Assembly (NCBI GenBank): GCA_050575255.1
Contig: JBNZDD010013679.1
Span: 2,717,367-2,781,366, forward strand
DNA length: 64,000 nucleotides
Origin: Harriotta raleighana
Lineage: Eukaryota
Direction: 5' to 3'
The notes below the pieces were generated by a model that worked only from the letters and a program-made list of their open reading frames with translations, searched no databases and had not been told where the DNA came from. This document shows, one piece after another, positions 12,745-24,424 of this stretch (position 1 is the first letter of the stretch; every line of letters starts with the position of its first letter). The position numbers were made by a program, and so were the translations under genes.

Positions 12745-13510
12745 ACTCTTTGTGATGCCAGTCCCAGATATGGAGTGGACTACAATATGTACATGGATGA
12801 AACCCAACTGTATCTCTGTACCTTCACCCTTGATTCCATGACCATTGCTGTCTTGACAGAATGTCTGTCAGACATCAAGTCCTGGGTGAGAGCTAACTTT
12901 CTTCAATTGAACATCAACAAGACCGAGGACCTCCTGATTGCCTCCCATCAGCACCTCCACACCTCAGATGCTGGCAGCATCATCATCCATGGATGCACAT
13001 CCCTACTCACTAAACCAGTCCGGAACTTTGGTATCTTGGTCTATCCTTTCTACCCTTCATCCCTGCCATGACCTGCTCAATCTTCCCACAACTCCGCTAC
13101 ATTGCCCGACTCTGCCACTAACTCACACTACAGATCGCAGAAACTCACATATATGCTTTCATAACATCCAGGTTTGACTATACAATCCCATTGTTTTGTA
13201 GGGCTCTGCAACTCCCTCCACAGACAGCAGATTATCCAGAACTCTGAAGCCCATGTCCTCTCCCACGCTAGGCTCCGTGACCAAATCATGCCCACCTTCG
13301 CCTGACTCCACTGCCTTACTATCACACAGAGGATACAGATCAAGATCCTGGTCCTTACCTTCAAAGTTCCCCATGGCCTCGCTCCCCCCTACTTCTGTAA
13401 TCTCCTAAACCCCTACCAAACTGCCTGCTCCCTCCATTCGGCGGAGCAGCACTTTTGGCCATCCTCCCAATGTGAAAGGTGCTATGCAAACTTAAATTGT
13501 TCTTGTTACT
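12745..13510 (+). mobile_element. L2 LINE RT fragment
   Basis: ORF 12739..13071 YMDETQLYL..CLSDIKSWVRANFLQLNINKTE; decayed tail at about 13450-13510. Confidence 0.85.
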
Positions 13511-14339
13511 GATAAACATGTAAGACAAATCACAAATTAGCAAATTTGATCATGGTAGAGATTGCACTCAGTGAAAATTAGCACATTGGATGTTTAAAGA
13601 ATTGCAACTTTACCCCTAACGTGAACTAAAGAATAAAACACATGCACGAAAGGAAACTGTTTGGAATTTTTTGTTCTCAAATTGGGTAAAATGTGAGTCA
13701 TTTACAGAAATGGGAATCGGTGGACTAAAAGAGATTAAATGAGTCATGAAACTCATTTCGGAAAGTACAGCGAGTGACCTACAACGTAATGATTCATTAG
13801 GTCCAACCGGAGTTCAGCAGCTAATGAAATCAAGTAGGAAATTCTACTCCAAAATGACATGACAACAAGCCAACAACTTAAAGTGGTATTTAAACGTAAT
13901 TAAATGGTGAATTCAGCTGAAGGGAATTTGTCAAAGTGCATCGTACCTGGGAAGGAAATCTAGATTGCCGGCTGCACAATCACAACCCAGTAAATGGAAA
14001 TATTTACTTTATTATTTTTTGATTACTTTTTTTAAATTTATATTTAGATAGTCAGTCAGTCAGTTAGTTTTTCGGTGTCAAAATTTGGTCAAATTGTGGA
14101 ATACTGTCCTACCTTTGAAACTGTTTTTCTGTTAGTTTTGAAAAAACTTCCAGGAAAAATGTTCTCAAAATTCAGTCTGTTAATGAACTTCATGAAATGA
14201 GAAGATTGATCTGGATGAAGAAGGCCTTTTAACCCATCCTATTTCATCTATCTAGAACACTCACCCTACCATTTTGTCATCATCAAATGTGCCAATTTCT
14301 GGATGATTTGAAAGACTAAGTAAATAGAAAAAATCTAGA

Positions 14340-14571
14340 CAAAACACAAAATACTGCAGATCCTGGAAGTCGAAAACCAAAATATAAATTACTGGGAGCA
14401 CTCAGCAGGTCATGCAGCATCTATGGAGAAAGGAAAGTGAGTCAACGTTTCGCGTCCACTACCAAAGGGTTCTGACGAAGGGCCATGAACCCGAAACGTT
14501 GACTTACTTTCCTTTCTACATAGATGCTGCCTGATCTGTTGAGTTTTCCCAACAATTTCTGTTTTTGTTTC
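14340..14571 (+). mobile_element. Penelope-like (pLTR-derived) fold-back element
   Basis: About 85-bp imperfect inverted arms (14372-14456 and 14489-14571) around a hammerhead core; 14-bp TSD AGAAAAAATCTAGA (14326) / AGAGAAAATCTAGA (14572). Confidence 0.75.
14467..14505 (+). ncRNA. Minimal type I hammerhead ribozyme motif
   Basis: GGGTT-CTGACGA-A-GGG(ccatgaa)CCC-GAAA-CG-TT-GACTT: core boxes, stem II, stem I GGGUU/GACUU, and palindromic ACGU in place of helix III. Confidence 0.6.
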
Positions 14572-15059
14572 AGAGAAAATCTAGATTTGGGTGGAATTTG
14601 AAAACATGAATTTTTTTATTTCAAAATAAATTGTAGCCATTTAATCACCAGCCTGACATCTGTCAAATGCCCTGGGTAGTGATTTGTATGTTTAGTTTAT
14701 TAACCATTCATCTAAAATCTACAGAAAAGTTATATTTCAACATTTGAAAGGACAGCATTGTTTAGATTAATAACTAAGTGCAGCATATAGGTTTCATGTT
14801 ACAAATGTGTTCGCAGAAATGCTGCCTAATAACAGGTTCTCCCCATGGGGTGTTTTAGTTCTGTATCCATATCTTCTCTTGTCCATCCTTGCATCTTCTT
14901 CAAAATTCTGCATCCAGCTCTTATGGAACTCTTTCTTTCCTCCTCCATCCCTACCTTTAAAGCCCACTTTTCTTTCAATCACACTTCAGGTGCCCTCGCT
15001 TGCAGCTGAGGTTCCCAGTTAGTTCTGTGAGGCTTCCTCAAACATACAACAACAGGCTA

Positions 15060-15660
15060 TCCTTCTTGTGGGGATGTTATCAGAGTCTTCTTGGAGCTCG
15101 TTTGATTCCAAGGTGACATGCCTGGCAAGGAAATGTTAGAATCAAGCCAGTCCTCATTGGTGGTCTCACTGGTCCAGTTCCTGAGCAGGTTGGGTCCACA
15201 GCATTCCAGCTGATGACAGCACAGCCAGCCTGGCTCATCATCAGGATCTGGACGAGCAGACAAGTCACTGGGAGCAGGGAGTTATCCTACTCAGTTCCTG
15301 TTTACTCTGTAAGCCAAAGCCCTAATGGGTGGGGTGGTCCTAGCTGAATAGACAGTGGGAAAACTTGCTGGATAGCAATAACTAATGGCAAGCTAATGTT
15401 TTAGCTGGTTAGACTCCAGCAGCAGCCCTTCTGGCGTCCAGGTGTCCCAGAAATACTTTCCTGAATCAGATATACAGGATGTGACCCTCCAGGAAAAGAC
15501 TGTGCATTCCATTGAATCAATCTATTTCTGGAATTTTCATGTGTAGGTGGGATGCATGGAAATCTCAACTTGTTTTGGAAAATATTAAGCACGGTGATAG
15601 GGTTCCACATGTGTCAGACACCCAGCTGAACCCCCATCCCCCACCCACCCCAACTACAAA
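15060..15660 (+). repeat. Unclassified ancient interspersed repeat (family U), longest copy
   Basis: Aligns by eye over about 560 bp with the reverse complement of 24425-24980, and partly with five other loci. Confidence 0.7.
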
Positions 15661-16504
15661 CTACCCCCATGTAAGCATGTACTCCACTCTACCTGTTGGC
15701 CAATAGGTCATGTGAATCCCCTTGTAAAATAGCCTTTAGAATTTTTATGCCAAAACGTTTCTACTTTCTATACCAGTTGTAAATTAGTACAAAATGATAT
15801 GATTATAAATTACAAACCAACAGCTGCAGTTAATGAGGGATAATTTAGTTTTTTAAGTTTCTTTGCAGCACAAGAAAGGCCTGCAGAATTTCACTGCAGA
15901 TTATGCAGCCTCAAATTTACCCCAAATGAGTGGATATAAATTTGAGAAACGTTGGCCACACATTAAGTGGGAGTAGCAAACTGGAACGCGGAAATGATTT
16001 GACTTGAAGCTGCTTCATCAGGTTTGCATGTAGAGTAACTACTCACTGGAAAACTTCTGATGTACTAGAAATTCTAGTACAATATACATTGCTAAACATT
16101 AATGCACACACCATTTGCACAATCCATCTGTAAAAAAACATCTCCCACTGTACTGTACTGCATACAATGGCCCTAAAGGCACTGCCATTCAGAAGCTCCC
16201 CAGTGCTTGGAATCACCTTTGTGTGTTACAGAATGCATTGTTATTTAGTCCTCAGTATTGTACAGGTAAATTGGATGAACCATTTATTATGTCATCTCGT
16301 TATAGGTTGTATAATATACGTCTGAATCGTACATGCATTGTCACGGTATTCATACCCAAGTCCCATTTATTTTTCTACTAAAAATAACTTTCATTTATTT
16401 GCACTGGTTGGTGTTGAAAGTTGAATAAATGGCTCAAATAATGTAAATCCTAATTCAAATAATTTCCTAACTTGTATCACTAGAAACACATCTACTAGAT
16501 AATA

Positions 16505-16690
16505 ATATAAGAACAATCCTTGCATTTGATATAGCACTTTTCACTTCTTCTAGACATCTCAAAGCGCTTCATAGAATATACTGTAAAGTGAATTGATTGC
16601 ATATTTGTGGGAAAAACGCAGCGGCCAATTGCGCAAAGATGTGTCCCACAACAGTGATGGATAGAAATGACCAATTTTAATATTGTGTTA
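16505..16690 (-). mobile_element. S-young SINE 3' half
   Basis: 'aatccttgcatttgatatagcacttttcacttcttctagacatctcaaagcgcttc'. Confidence 0.8.
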
Positions 16691-17579
16691 TTTTATTATA
16701 TGCATTTTAACAATACAGATACTGTATACCTGTACTCAACACAAATCAAAAGTTACAGTAAAATGAAAGCTCATTAGAAAACAGTGAAGATTATTACCAT
16801 AACATGTAATTAAATCCCCTGTAACTTTGGTGAAATCGGTGTTTTTCACCTCTCCAACATATAGTATAACACAAAATTACTCACTTATTGATGATATATA
16901 TACTACTGCATTATATTGACGAAGTACTGGATACATTTGAAACACTGCTGCATGCTAAATTTCAATACTTTAAATGATTCAGTTACAGTGTTAATCGTTT
17001 ATTGTAAGAGTTCATGCCATTCATTGTACATGTTTTCTGCACATGAGAACATGTATATTGTACAAATGTATTTGGTGTGCATTAGTCATATAAAATGATA
17101 CTTGACTCATACTTTGTGTAAGTCGCATTAAATATTATGATCCTAACTAATACACCGTATACGAGTTTACAGGTGTACAGTAAATTCTGATATCTCATTG
17201 TTCCAAGGGAAAAGGGCTCATTGACAAGTTGGCGAGTTTGGCAAATGTTTGGCAAATATAAATACATAAATAATTGCAGCTGGGATATTGACAGCACGAT
17301 GACTTAAGTTGGAGAAACCAGTTAAGTTATCAGGAGTTTACTCAATTGCTCACCTGGATGTCACACAACCCATTTGCCTGTAAAACACATGGTACTTCAC
17401 TTAAGTCCTGAAGCGCTTTGGAATGCCCTCCCAATATGAAAGGAGTTATACCAAATGTAAACATTATTACAGTATTATGATGGCCACTTGGATACAATCG
17501 GTCAGGATACCAAGAAGCTTATGGTTGTCTGCATAGAGAGGCGGATGTGTAAAAATATTGATGAACAACAACAACCTTT

Positions 17580-17780
17580 GCCCTCTCCCACACTAGGCTC
17601 CGTGATCATATCACCCCCACCCTCACCTGACTCCACTGGCATCCCATCACACAGAGGATACAGTTCAAGACCCTGGTCCTCACCTTCAAAGCCCTCTGTG
17701 GCCTTGCTCCCCCACTACCTCTGCAACTTCCTAACCCTCTACCAACTTGCTCGCTCCCTCCACTCAGCTGCCTCCGCCTG
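17580..17780 (+). mobile_element. L2 LINE fragment
   Basis: 'gactccactggcatcccatcacacagaggatacagttcaagaccctggtcctcaccttcaaagcc' (LHWLP..FK region). Confidence 0.75.
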
Positions 17781-18089
17781 TTTCAAGCCCCAACAACAAC
17801 AACTTGCATTCAAATAGTGACCTTAATGCAGAAAAGCATCTTGGAGTGCTGAATGTTTTATCAGTTCATGCATTACTGTTAAGCAGTAGGGAAGACACAG
17901 AATTAATGGGGCCCTTATAGAATCATCATCAACAATTGCAACTTGTATTTATGTATTTATATTCCCAAAGTGAGAAATTCTGTTTGAATTCCCACCAATT
18001 TGTGGGGATTACCATGGATTTTGTTAGAGTGGAGGTCAGAGTGACATACTCTGGTTACTGTAAGGATGGAGGGTGGAGGGAATTATGAT

Positions 18090-18600
18090 TCTCCTATTAG
18101 CCCTGCAAGTTGAAGCCCTAGCAATTAGAATGGTCTTCGCTAGATGAATAGCTAGAAACTTGTTGGACATTGCTCTCAGGTTACTCCACCAGTACACAAC
18201 ACACGCTCTGGGGTCCTCAAACTTGGCTTTTGCCAACCTGTGAATTCTTCAAAGGAAAGTGTGTGCATTCTATTTCAAACAAAGGTGAATTTCCATGTAA
18301 ATGTAGGATGTGTTTTCATCATTCTCAGTCCCTTCACCTTGCTTTCTCCCTTTCCTCCTTCAAGGCCGGACTTAAGAACTTCCTCTTTGACCATGCCTTC
18401 TGCTGCTCTAGCTCTCTCCCCTTTCCTACTCTCCATCCCCCTGTCCCTACCCCAACCCTTCCCCCCCCTGCTCGGGTCCCGACCCAACTGTTCAGCGCCT
18501 TGGGACGTCCTCCTGATGTGAAAGGCGCTCTATAAATGTAATCTTGTTGCTGTTGTTGGATACTCTTAATGAGTTTCCATGTCGGTCAGATACCCAGCTA
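18090..18600 (+). repeat. Family U copy interrupted by an L2 3' end (about 18325-18557)
   Basis: 'gctctggggtcctcaaacttggcttttgccaacctg..tgtgcattctatt'; the repeat resumes after the L2 tail as 'ggatactcttaa..gtcagatacc'. Confidence 0.6.
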
Positions 18601-19224
18601 ACAGAACACCTACCAAAAGATGTCCCCAATTGTATGCGATTCAGATTCCTTTTAAGGGAATTTCATGAAGAAATATTGCAAATTCATCCATACAAATGAA
18701 ATTTCTGCATGTTGATTTGTCTTCTATCAACTGGGCAATATTTCCATTCAGCCAAGTTGATATAAACCTACAATTACAAGATTTGGAAGAATGGATAAAT
18801 TAAAAATTAATTCAGAAATGTGTAGTGAATTGTAATTCATTCATATCAGCTTCTGACCTTTCTCTTCTGTCAAAACAAAGTCTATGAGTTTTACTAATTT
18901 TATATGATTACATGATTATGGGACAGCCTCTTCCAGACCATGAATAAATCCATATCTTCACTTCACGTAAAGCACGGGCAACATTAATTTAAGAAAGTGC
19001 AAGATGAGTAAAGGTAATTTGGCCCATCGAGTCCTTAGCTTCACATAGAATTTGTGCAACATTTGACTGTGCGTGACCTTGCCAGATGATTTAATCTCCT
19101 GAGGTAGATGAATTACAAGTAATTATGCTGGATTACAAGAGCTCAGGCTATTTATCCAATACATTGCTGAGCCAAACATAGAAGTGCCAGATTCAATCTA
19201 CAGTCCATGCTGAACATAACACCT

Positions 19225-19525
19225 CTCATGTCGAGAGGATTGTCTCAAAGTGCTTCACAGGATTTACTGTGAAGTGACGTGACTGGATATTATTGTGGGT
19301 GAACCTGGCATCCAATTTCAGTACAGCAATGTCACACAAACAATTGTGAAGTGAGTGACTAGTGTTATTTGGGGAATCATGATCAAAGACACGGGGAGAA
19401 ACTCCCATAGCTTTTTAAATAGGATCTATAACATCTACTTGAAAAGACAGGTGGGAGATAGGTTTAACGCTTTATCTGAAGGATAGGAATGCAGCACTCC
19501 ACCAGCACTACACTGGAGTGTCAGC
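19225..19525 (-). mobile_element. S-old SINE
   Basis: Reverse complement of the Deu-type body ('ggtttaacgctttatctgaagg..gcactacactggagtgtcagc'). Confidence 0.65.
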
Positions 19526-19529
19526 ATAA

Positions 19530-19795
19530 TGATACAAGGAAGCAAAGTCAAAGAGGAATACATTTAGGTGGGAATTGAAAGTGGGGGGGAGGGGGGCAAG
19601 GCAGAGGGATTGAGGGAGAGTGTTCCAGAGTTTGGGGTCAAAATGGCTGCAAGTACAACCTCCAATGGTGGAGTTGAGAGTGCGAGGGACAAGCAGGAGG
19701 CTGGTGCCAGTCAAGCGCTGGTGCGGGGTGGCGGATTGGGGAGTGAGGACGTTGCAGATATAGGGAGGTGCCAGGGATTTCAACATGAATGTGAA
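19530..19795 (-). mobile_element. L2 LINE 3' fragment
   Basis: ORF 19508..19855 LAPPYICNVL..GGCTCSHFDPKLWNTLPQSL. Confidence 0.75.
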
Positions 19796-21729
19796 CATGG
19801 GCTGATAAACACATGAATCACCTGATGTTATCTTGAGGACGAGAGGGATTTGCATTTGGTTTCAGAACAACAATATTACATTTGTAGAGAGCCTTTCACA
19901 TCGGGAGGGTGTCCCACGACACTGAACAGGAGTCAGGACCAAGGTTCAAGGTCAGAGAAGAGGAAATGGAAATCCACCATGTTTCGTTTTCCTTAATGCT
20001 ATATAGAATTGGATTAAACTACGATGTCCCCAGTCACCCGCTAACACACACTCACAAGGCTCTATTGAATCATAGCTATTTGGGTGAGATCCTAGAGAGC
20101 ATTCAGCATCTATAGAACCATGCGATGAGAAGGAGTCAAATGCATTCACAAGAGGAGGAGAACATTTGTGAGTTTGTCGGGTTTTTTTGGTCTGACACTT
20201 GCTGAAACCAATCATCATGATTAAGAGTATCCAAACCAAACAACATTCAAATTATACATTCAAATTCCCAAGTCTGGAAAGAAATATGTACTCTGTCTCT
20301 GGAGGTTTTGCAAGCTGTGAAGCCTTGCATTTTTAGACAAGACTTGCTAAACTAGACTTCTAAGAAGTTTAAGGACCATGACATAACAATAAACGAATGC
20401 ATAGGATATGAATAATAGAAAAATATCTGGGTAGGGAGCCAGTGATTAGAGGCAAATCTTAATTACCCTGTTGTTTTTAAATACTATGGGGAAGGGTATA
20501 TCTTGTACTAATATAACATTTGTAGATTTAATGAAAAGGTTAGAATAATTGTTTTACATAGAGGGCTATCAGAATATGAATGCTTTACTGCCAGCAGGGG
20601 TCCAAGCTATGAACAAACAGATAATTTAAATGGTCTTCTATATGTGAAAGGTGCTGTACAAATATAATTTGTTGTTGTATGGTTAATTTCCTTCCTCCCT
20701 ATTATGACAACTCTATTATAATGCATGTTTCAGGTCTATAAACCCCAAAATAGTATTATAATGGGATACAAAGCCAAAGCAGGCATGGTATCACCTCCTG
20801 TATGCGTGTGTTTCCAGTTTACCAACATCATCATTTCCTGCATAGAAGTGACAACTGCAGTTACCTGGAAGTTGGCCACTTTTAACCAGCAAGGGAGCTT
20901 TAGTATGTGATTCTAATACATAATAATATAATTCTAATAGTACTATATATATAGTCAGAAAGGATTGATGCTCATAGCAATAATCAAATATTGTGTAGAA
21001 CATTTGCAAACCCATGGGACTCGGAAATGTCATGCTAAGGCAGGCAGCTGGTCCAGGATGAATAATGTAAAATGTAAAGACGATTATTATTCTGAATCTT
21101 ATTTAGTTTGGATTAACTTTGGGGGGAAAGTCTGCAGTACAAGCTTAGGTTGGGCAGCCATGGTCTGTGGAAGAGTTGGGTTTGATTTTTTTTCAGTCTC
21201 TGCTGTGCGTTCCATTCAACCATACACAGCTCACTGCTACAAAGCAATCTGTGAGTACTTTAATTATCTTGTGGTTATGTTTGAATCATAAAGCTAAAAA
21301 TGTTGCAGCAAATCAAAGAGACAAACCCACACATTTTAAAATTCAACCTCATAAATGCTAGTCCCGAGCTCTTGAGGGACGATAGGTATCTGGAACCTCA
21401 CAGTGTACCGTTCACACGTATCTGGATGATATTAAAGAACTGAGAATGGAGCTTCATCCCAATGAATTGACTGAAATTTTACCTGATAATTTACAAGAAT
21501 TTACAGAACTACCATTATTTTTGCAGTGTCCAATGAGTTAATGTCCGTAAACTACAACAACAAATTACACTTGAATAGCGCCTTTCACATTAGAAAGACG
21601 TCCCAGGGCACAACATCATATTCAGGTTCCTTGAATGTGTTGATGAAAATACCATTGTTTGGAGAACTCAGAGATGCACCAGTATTAGTTTGGGAGAAAG
21701 GAAATAGTCTGACAGCCATAGTATAACTA

Positions 21730-22484
21730 CAGGCAGTCCTCTAGTTACGACGTTTCGAGGTACGACAATTCGAAGTTACGACACTTAAAATCAGTAAAAT
21801 TACTTCCGAGTTACATCCAAGTTCTCGAAGTTACGACACTACTATGTAAATATTTTAGTTCCCCCACACGCGATAGAAAACTGGAGTCGCCGCTCTCAAC
21901 ACTTACGGGACCACGATATGCGTTACAGGAACAGGATGGAGGCAAGACGCGAGTGTGTACTGTACAGGTACTGTGTGAGTCTGTGAGCTCGGCGGGACAG
22001 TACTCTCCAGCCTTTAGACTGTGCTACGTCACGCGTGATCTGCGTTGCTCTACGTCACATGTGATCTCCTGCGTTGCGCTATGTCACATGTGATCTGCGT
22101 TGCGCTACATCACGGGTGATCTCCTGTGTTGCGCTACGTCGAGTGTGATCTCCTGCGTTGCGCTACATCGCGTGTGATCTCCTGTGTTGCGCTACGTCGC
22201 GTGTGATCTCCTGTGTTGTGCTACATCGCGTGTGATCTCCTGCGTTGCGCTACATCGAGTGCCAGACTCACAATGAAGCCATGTAAGTATAGTAATATTT
22301 TATTTTATTTACAGTACTGTACATATTAGGAGGGGGGCAGGGGAGAGAGGGCAGCTCACTATACACTACAACCAATCACTGTATGTTACTGTAAGCATTA
22401 TAGGGGGGTGACTCGACTTATATACAAATTCGACTTACACCACATCTTAGGAACCTAACCCTGACGTAACTTGAGGACTGCCTG
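21730..22484. mobile_element. Tigger/pogo-like non-autonomous DNA transposon (family T2), 755 bp
   Basis: TIRs CAGGCAGTCCTCTAGTTACG / CGTAACTTGAGGACTGCCTG (19/20 match), TA TSD at 21728-29 and 22485-86, and subterminal GTTACGAC repeats. Confidence 0.9.
22021..22261. repeat. 26/29-bp CpG-rich minisatellite, about 8.5 units
   Basis: Consensus GCGCTACRTCRCGTGTGATCT(CCT)GYGTT, head-to-tail with no spacers. Confidence 0.95.
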
Positions 22485-22547
22485 TACATAGAATTAGAGC
22501 AAAATTAGGCTAGTCGGCCCAACTTGTCTATGCCGGCGTTTATGTTG

Positions 22548-22722
22548 GCTTCACAGAATATACTGTAAAGTGAATTGACTATATATATATATGTGGGTAA
22601 AATGCAGCAGCCAATTGCACACAGCAGTGTCCCACAAACAGTCATGGATTGAAGTGACCAAATTATTATTATTTATTGAGGGATTATTATGAGAGGTGTG
22701 CAGTAAGGAAACTTGCCCAAGA
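22548..22722 (-). mobile_element. S-young SINE internal fragment
   Basis: 'cttcacagaatatactgtaaagtgaattgac..gcagccaattgcacacagcagtgtcccacaaacag..taaggaaacttgcccaag'. Confidence 0.8.
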
Positions 22723-22724
22723 TC

Positions 22725-23252
22725 ATCCACCTCAACCTCCTCTCACATCCACTTCTGTGGCAACATGTTTTCCAGGTTCGAATCTTACTTCACCATCACT
22801 TCCCATCACCACCAGCTTTTTCCAAATGTTCTTTTCCTCCAGTCTCCGCATGATCGCTTGCGGCATACCCACGAGGCTCTATCTTTGGTCCCCTCCTTTT
22901 TTTCATTTATTTGCTCACTCTCGGCAATGGCATCTGCAGACATGGGGTTAACTTCCACATATATGTGGATGACACACAAATGTATTTCTCCTCCTCCAGC
23001 TGTGATCCTAGGTACACTTGCTTGTCATATATCAAGCACCAACTTTCTGCAGCTGAATCTTTACCATGGTAGTCTATCTTAATGCCTTTACTTTTCTTCC
23101 TCTTTCCTCCTCTCCAAATTAAACCTGAGGACTTTCCTTTTTGGCCGTCAGCTCTCCTCTTCTCTGCTCAGTCAAACTCCGCCGCTATTAAGTACTATGA
23201 AACACGACCTCGTATGAAGGGTACTATATAAATGCAAGTTATTGTTGTTGCT
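22725..23252 (+). mobile_element. Degraded L2 RT fragments with type-B tail
   Basis: 'acttccacatatatgtggatgacacacaa' (FHIYVDDTQ), 'aactttctgcagctgaat', tail 'ctatataaatgcaagttattgttg'. Confidence 0.65.
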
Positions 23253-24424
23253 GTAGGATGAACACAACTAAGTTTAGGCCCAAGTGTAGTTTCTCAGCCC
23301 TAACAATTTTTAAAAATGGGATGTAAGCATTTAATTATTGGATAAACTCCCAGTATCAGGAGTTGGCACTTTTAGAAACTTATCCATTCATACGAGTTGC
23401 AACCCCCAAATGTATCGAGACCCATTTCTCTTCTGGAATAAAGACACTAACATTGCTTTCCACGTCCCTCAGAGCACAGATGTTTCACAAATGTATTGGC
23501 ACTGGCAGCAATTTAACCCGAGCCATCTGGCTAGGTATATAGGGACAGCCTTCTACAGAGGCTGTAAATTCCACTGCCATATTTCTTGAGGGACTGCCAC
23601 AGCCACATTATCAAAGCAAAACAGCCAATGATACCTGCAGCACATTTGGGGAGAAATTCAATATAATTTATTTTCTGCCTCAATTTATCAGTGCAAGGTG
23701 CTGCGTGATAAATGCAGCTGTCTGTTTTCCATTATGGAAACAAACAAAAACAAAAGATTAATGGTGGCATTTACAACAAAGCAGGTTGTTTGTCCAAGAA
23801 TCGTATTGCTCTTCAGAACAGTAGCACCAAGTGTAAAACAATATTTTATGTCTTTGGTTGTCAGCCCAGCTCTTTTCAGTGGCCTATAACAGAAAGACAA
23901 GGTAACAATTCTCCACACACGAATGCACACACAGTGTGGAAAGCAAACTCAGCTAACAAACGGATGTTCACAGGTTATTGTATTGTTAATCCTCATCTTT
24001 CTGTGACATTAACTTCCTTCTTATTGCAAATCTCCTCTATGTTATTTACCAGGTGGTAAGTGAAGGAAAGAGAGGGTATCGCCAGCTTTAAATTCCACAA
24101 CAGGTTTAGCTGTCCTTGAAAGTGCCTACCATAAATCTTGGATGAAGTAGAAGACGATTCAGATCTCTGATTCATTCCTTTCCATCCTTCAAAGGTAAAT
24201 GATCCTGATGGAATTAGAGCTGAACAAAATTACTTTTGTCTGTGATCTGCATATACAATAGTCCACAAATCCATCATAAGAGTAGTTAAGTCCTTTGGAG
24301 CATTCATCCTTGGATTGGAAGAACTTTTCAATAAAAGAAACTTTCTATTGAAGTTCAGGAAGGTTTTTCTCTCTATTTAATCCCCACTCCCTCCTCGGCG
24401 AATCGATCTGTTTTTGATCAATCA

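Noticed and set aside
16061-16081. Perfect 10-bp-arm palindrome (also a 16-bp palindrome at 47670-47685)
   Set aside because: Isolated, AT-rich and too short to distinguish from chance.
17354-17377. 24-nt minus-strand micro-exon (TTTTACAG|..|GTGAGC; ANGLCDIQ)
   Set aside because: The pyrimidine tract is very short and abuts an L2 tail; such matches are expected by chance in 64 kb.
22021-22261. 29-bp repeats as a CRISPR array
   Set aside because: Units are head-to-tail with no unique spacers, lie inside a eukaryotic DNA transposon, and there are no cas genes.
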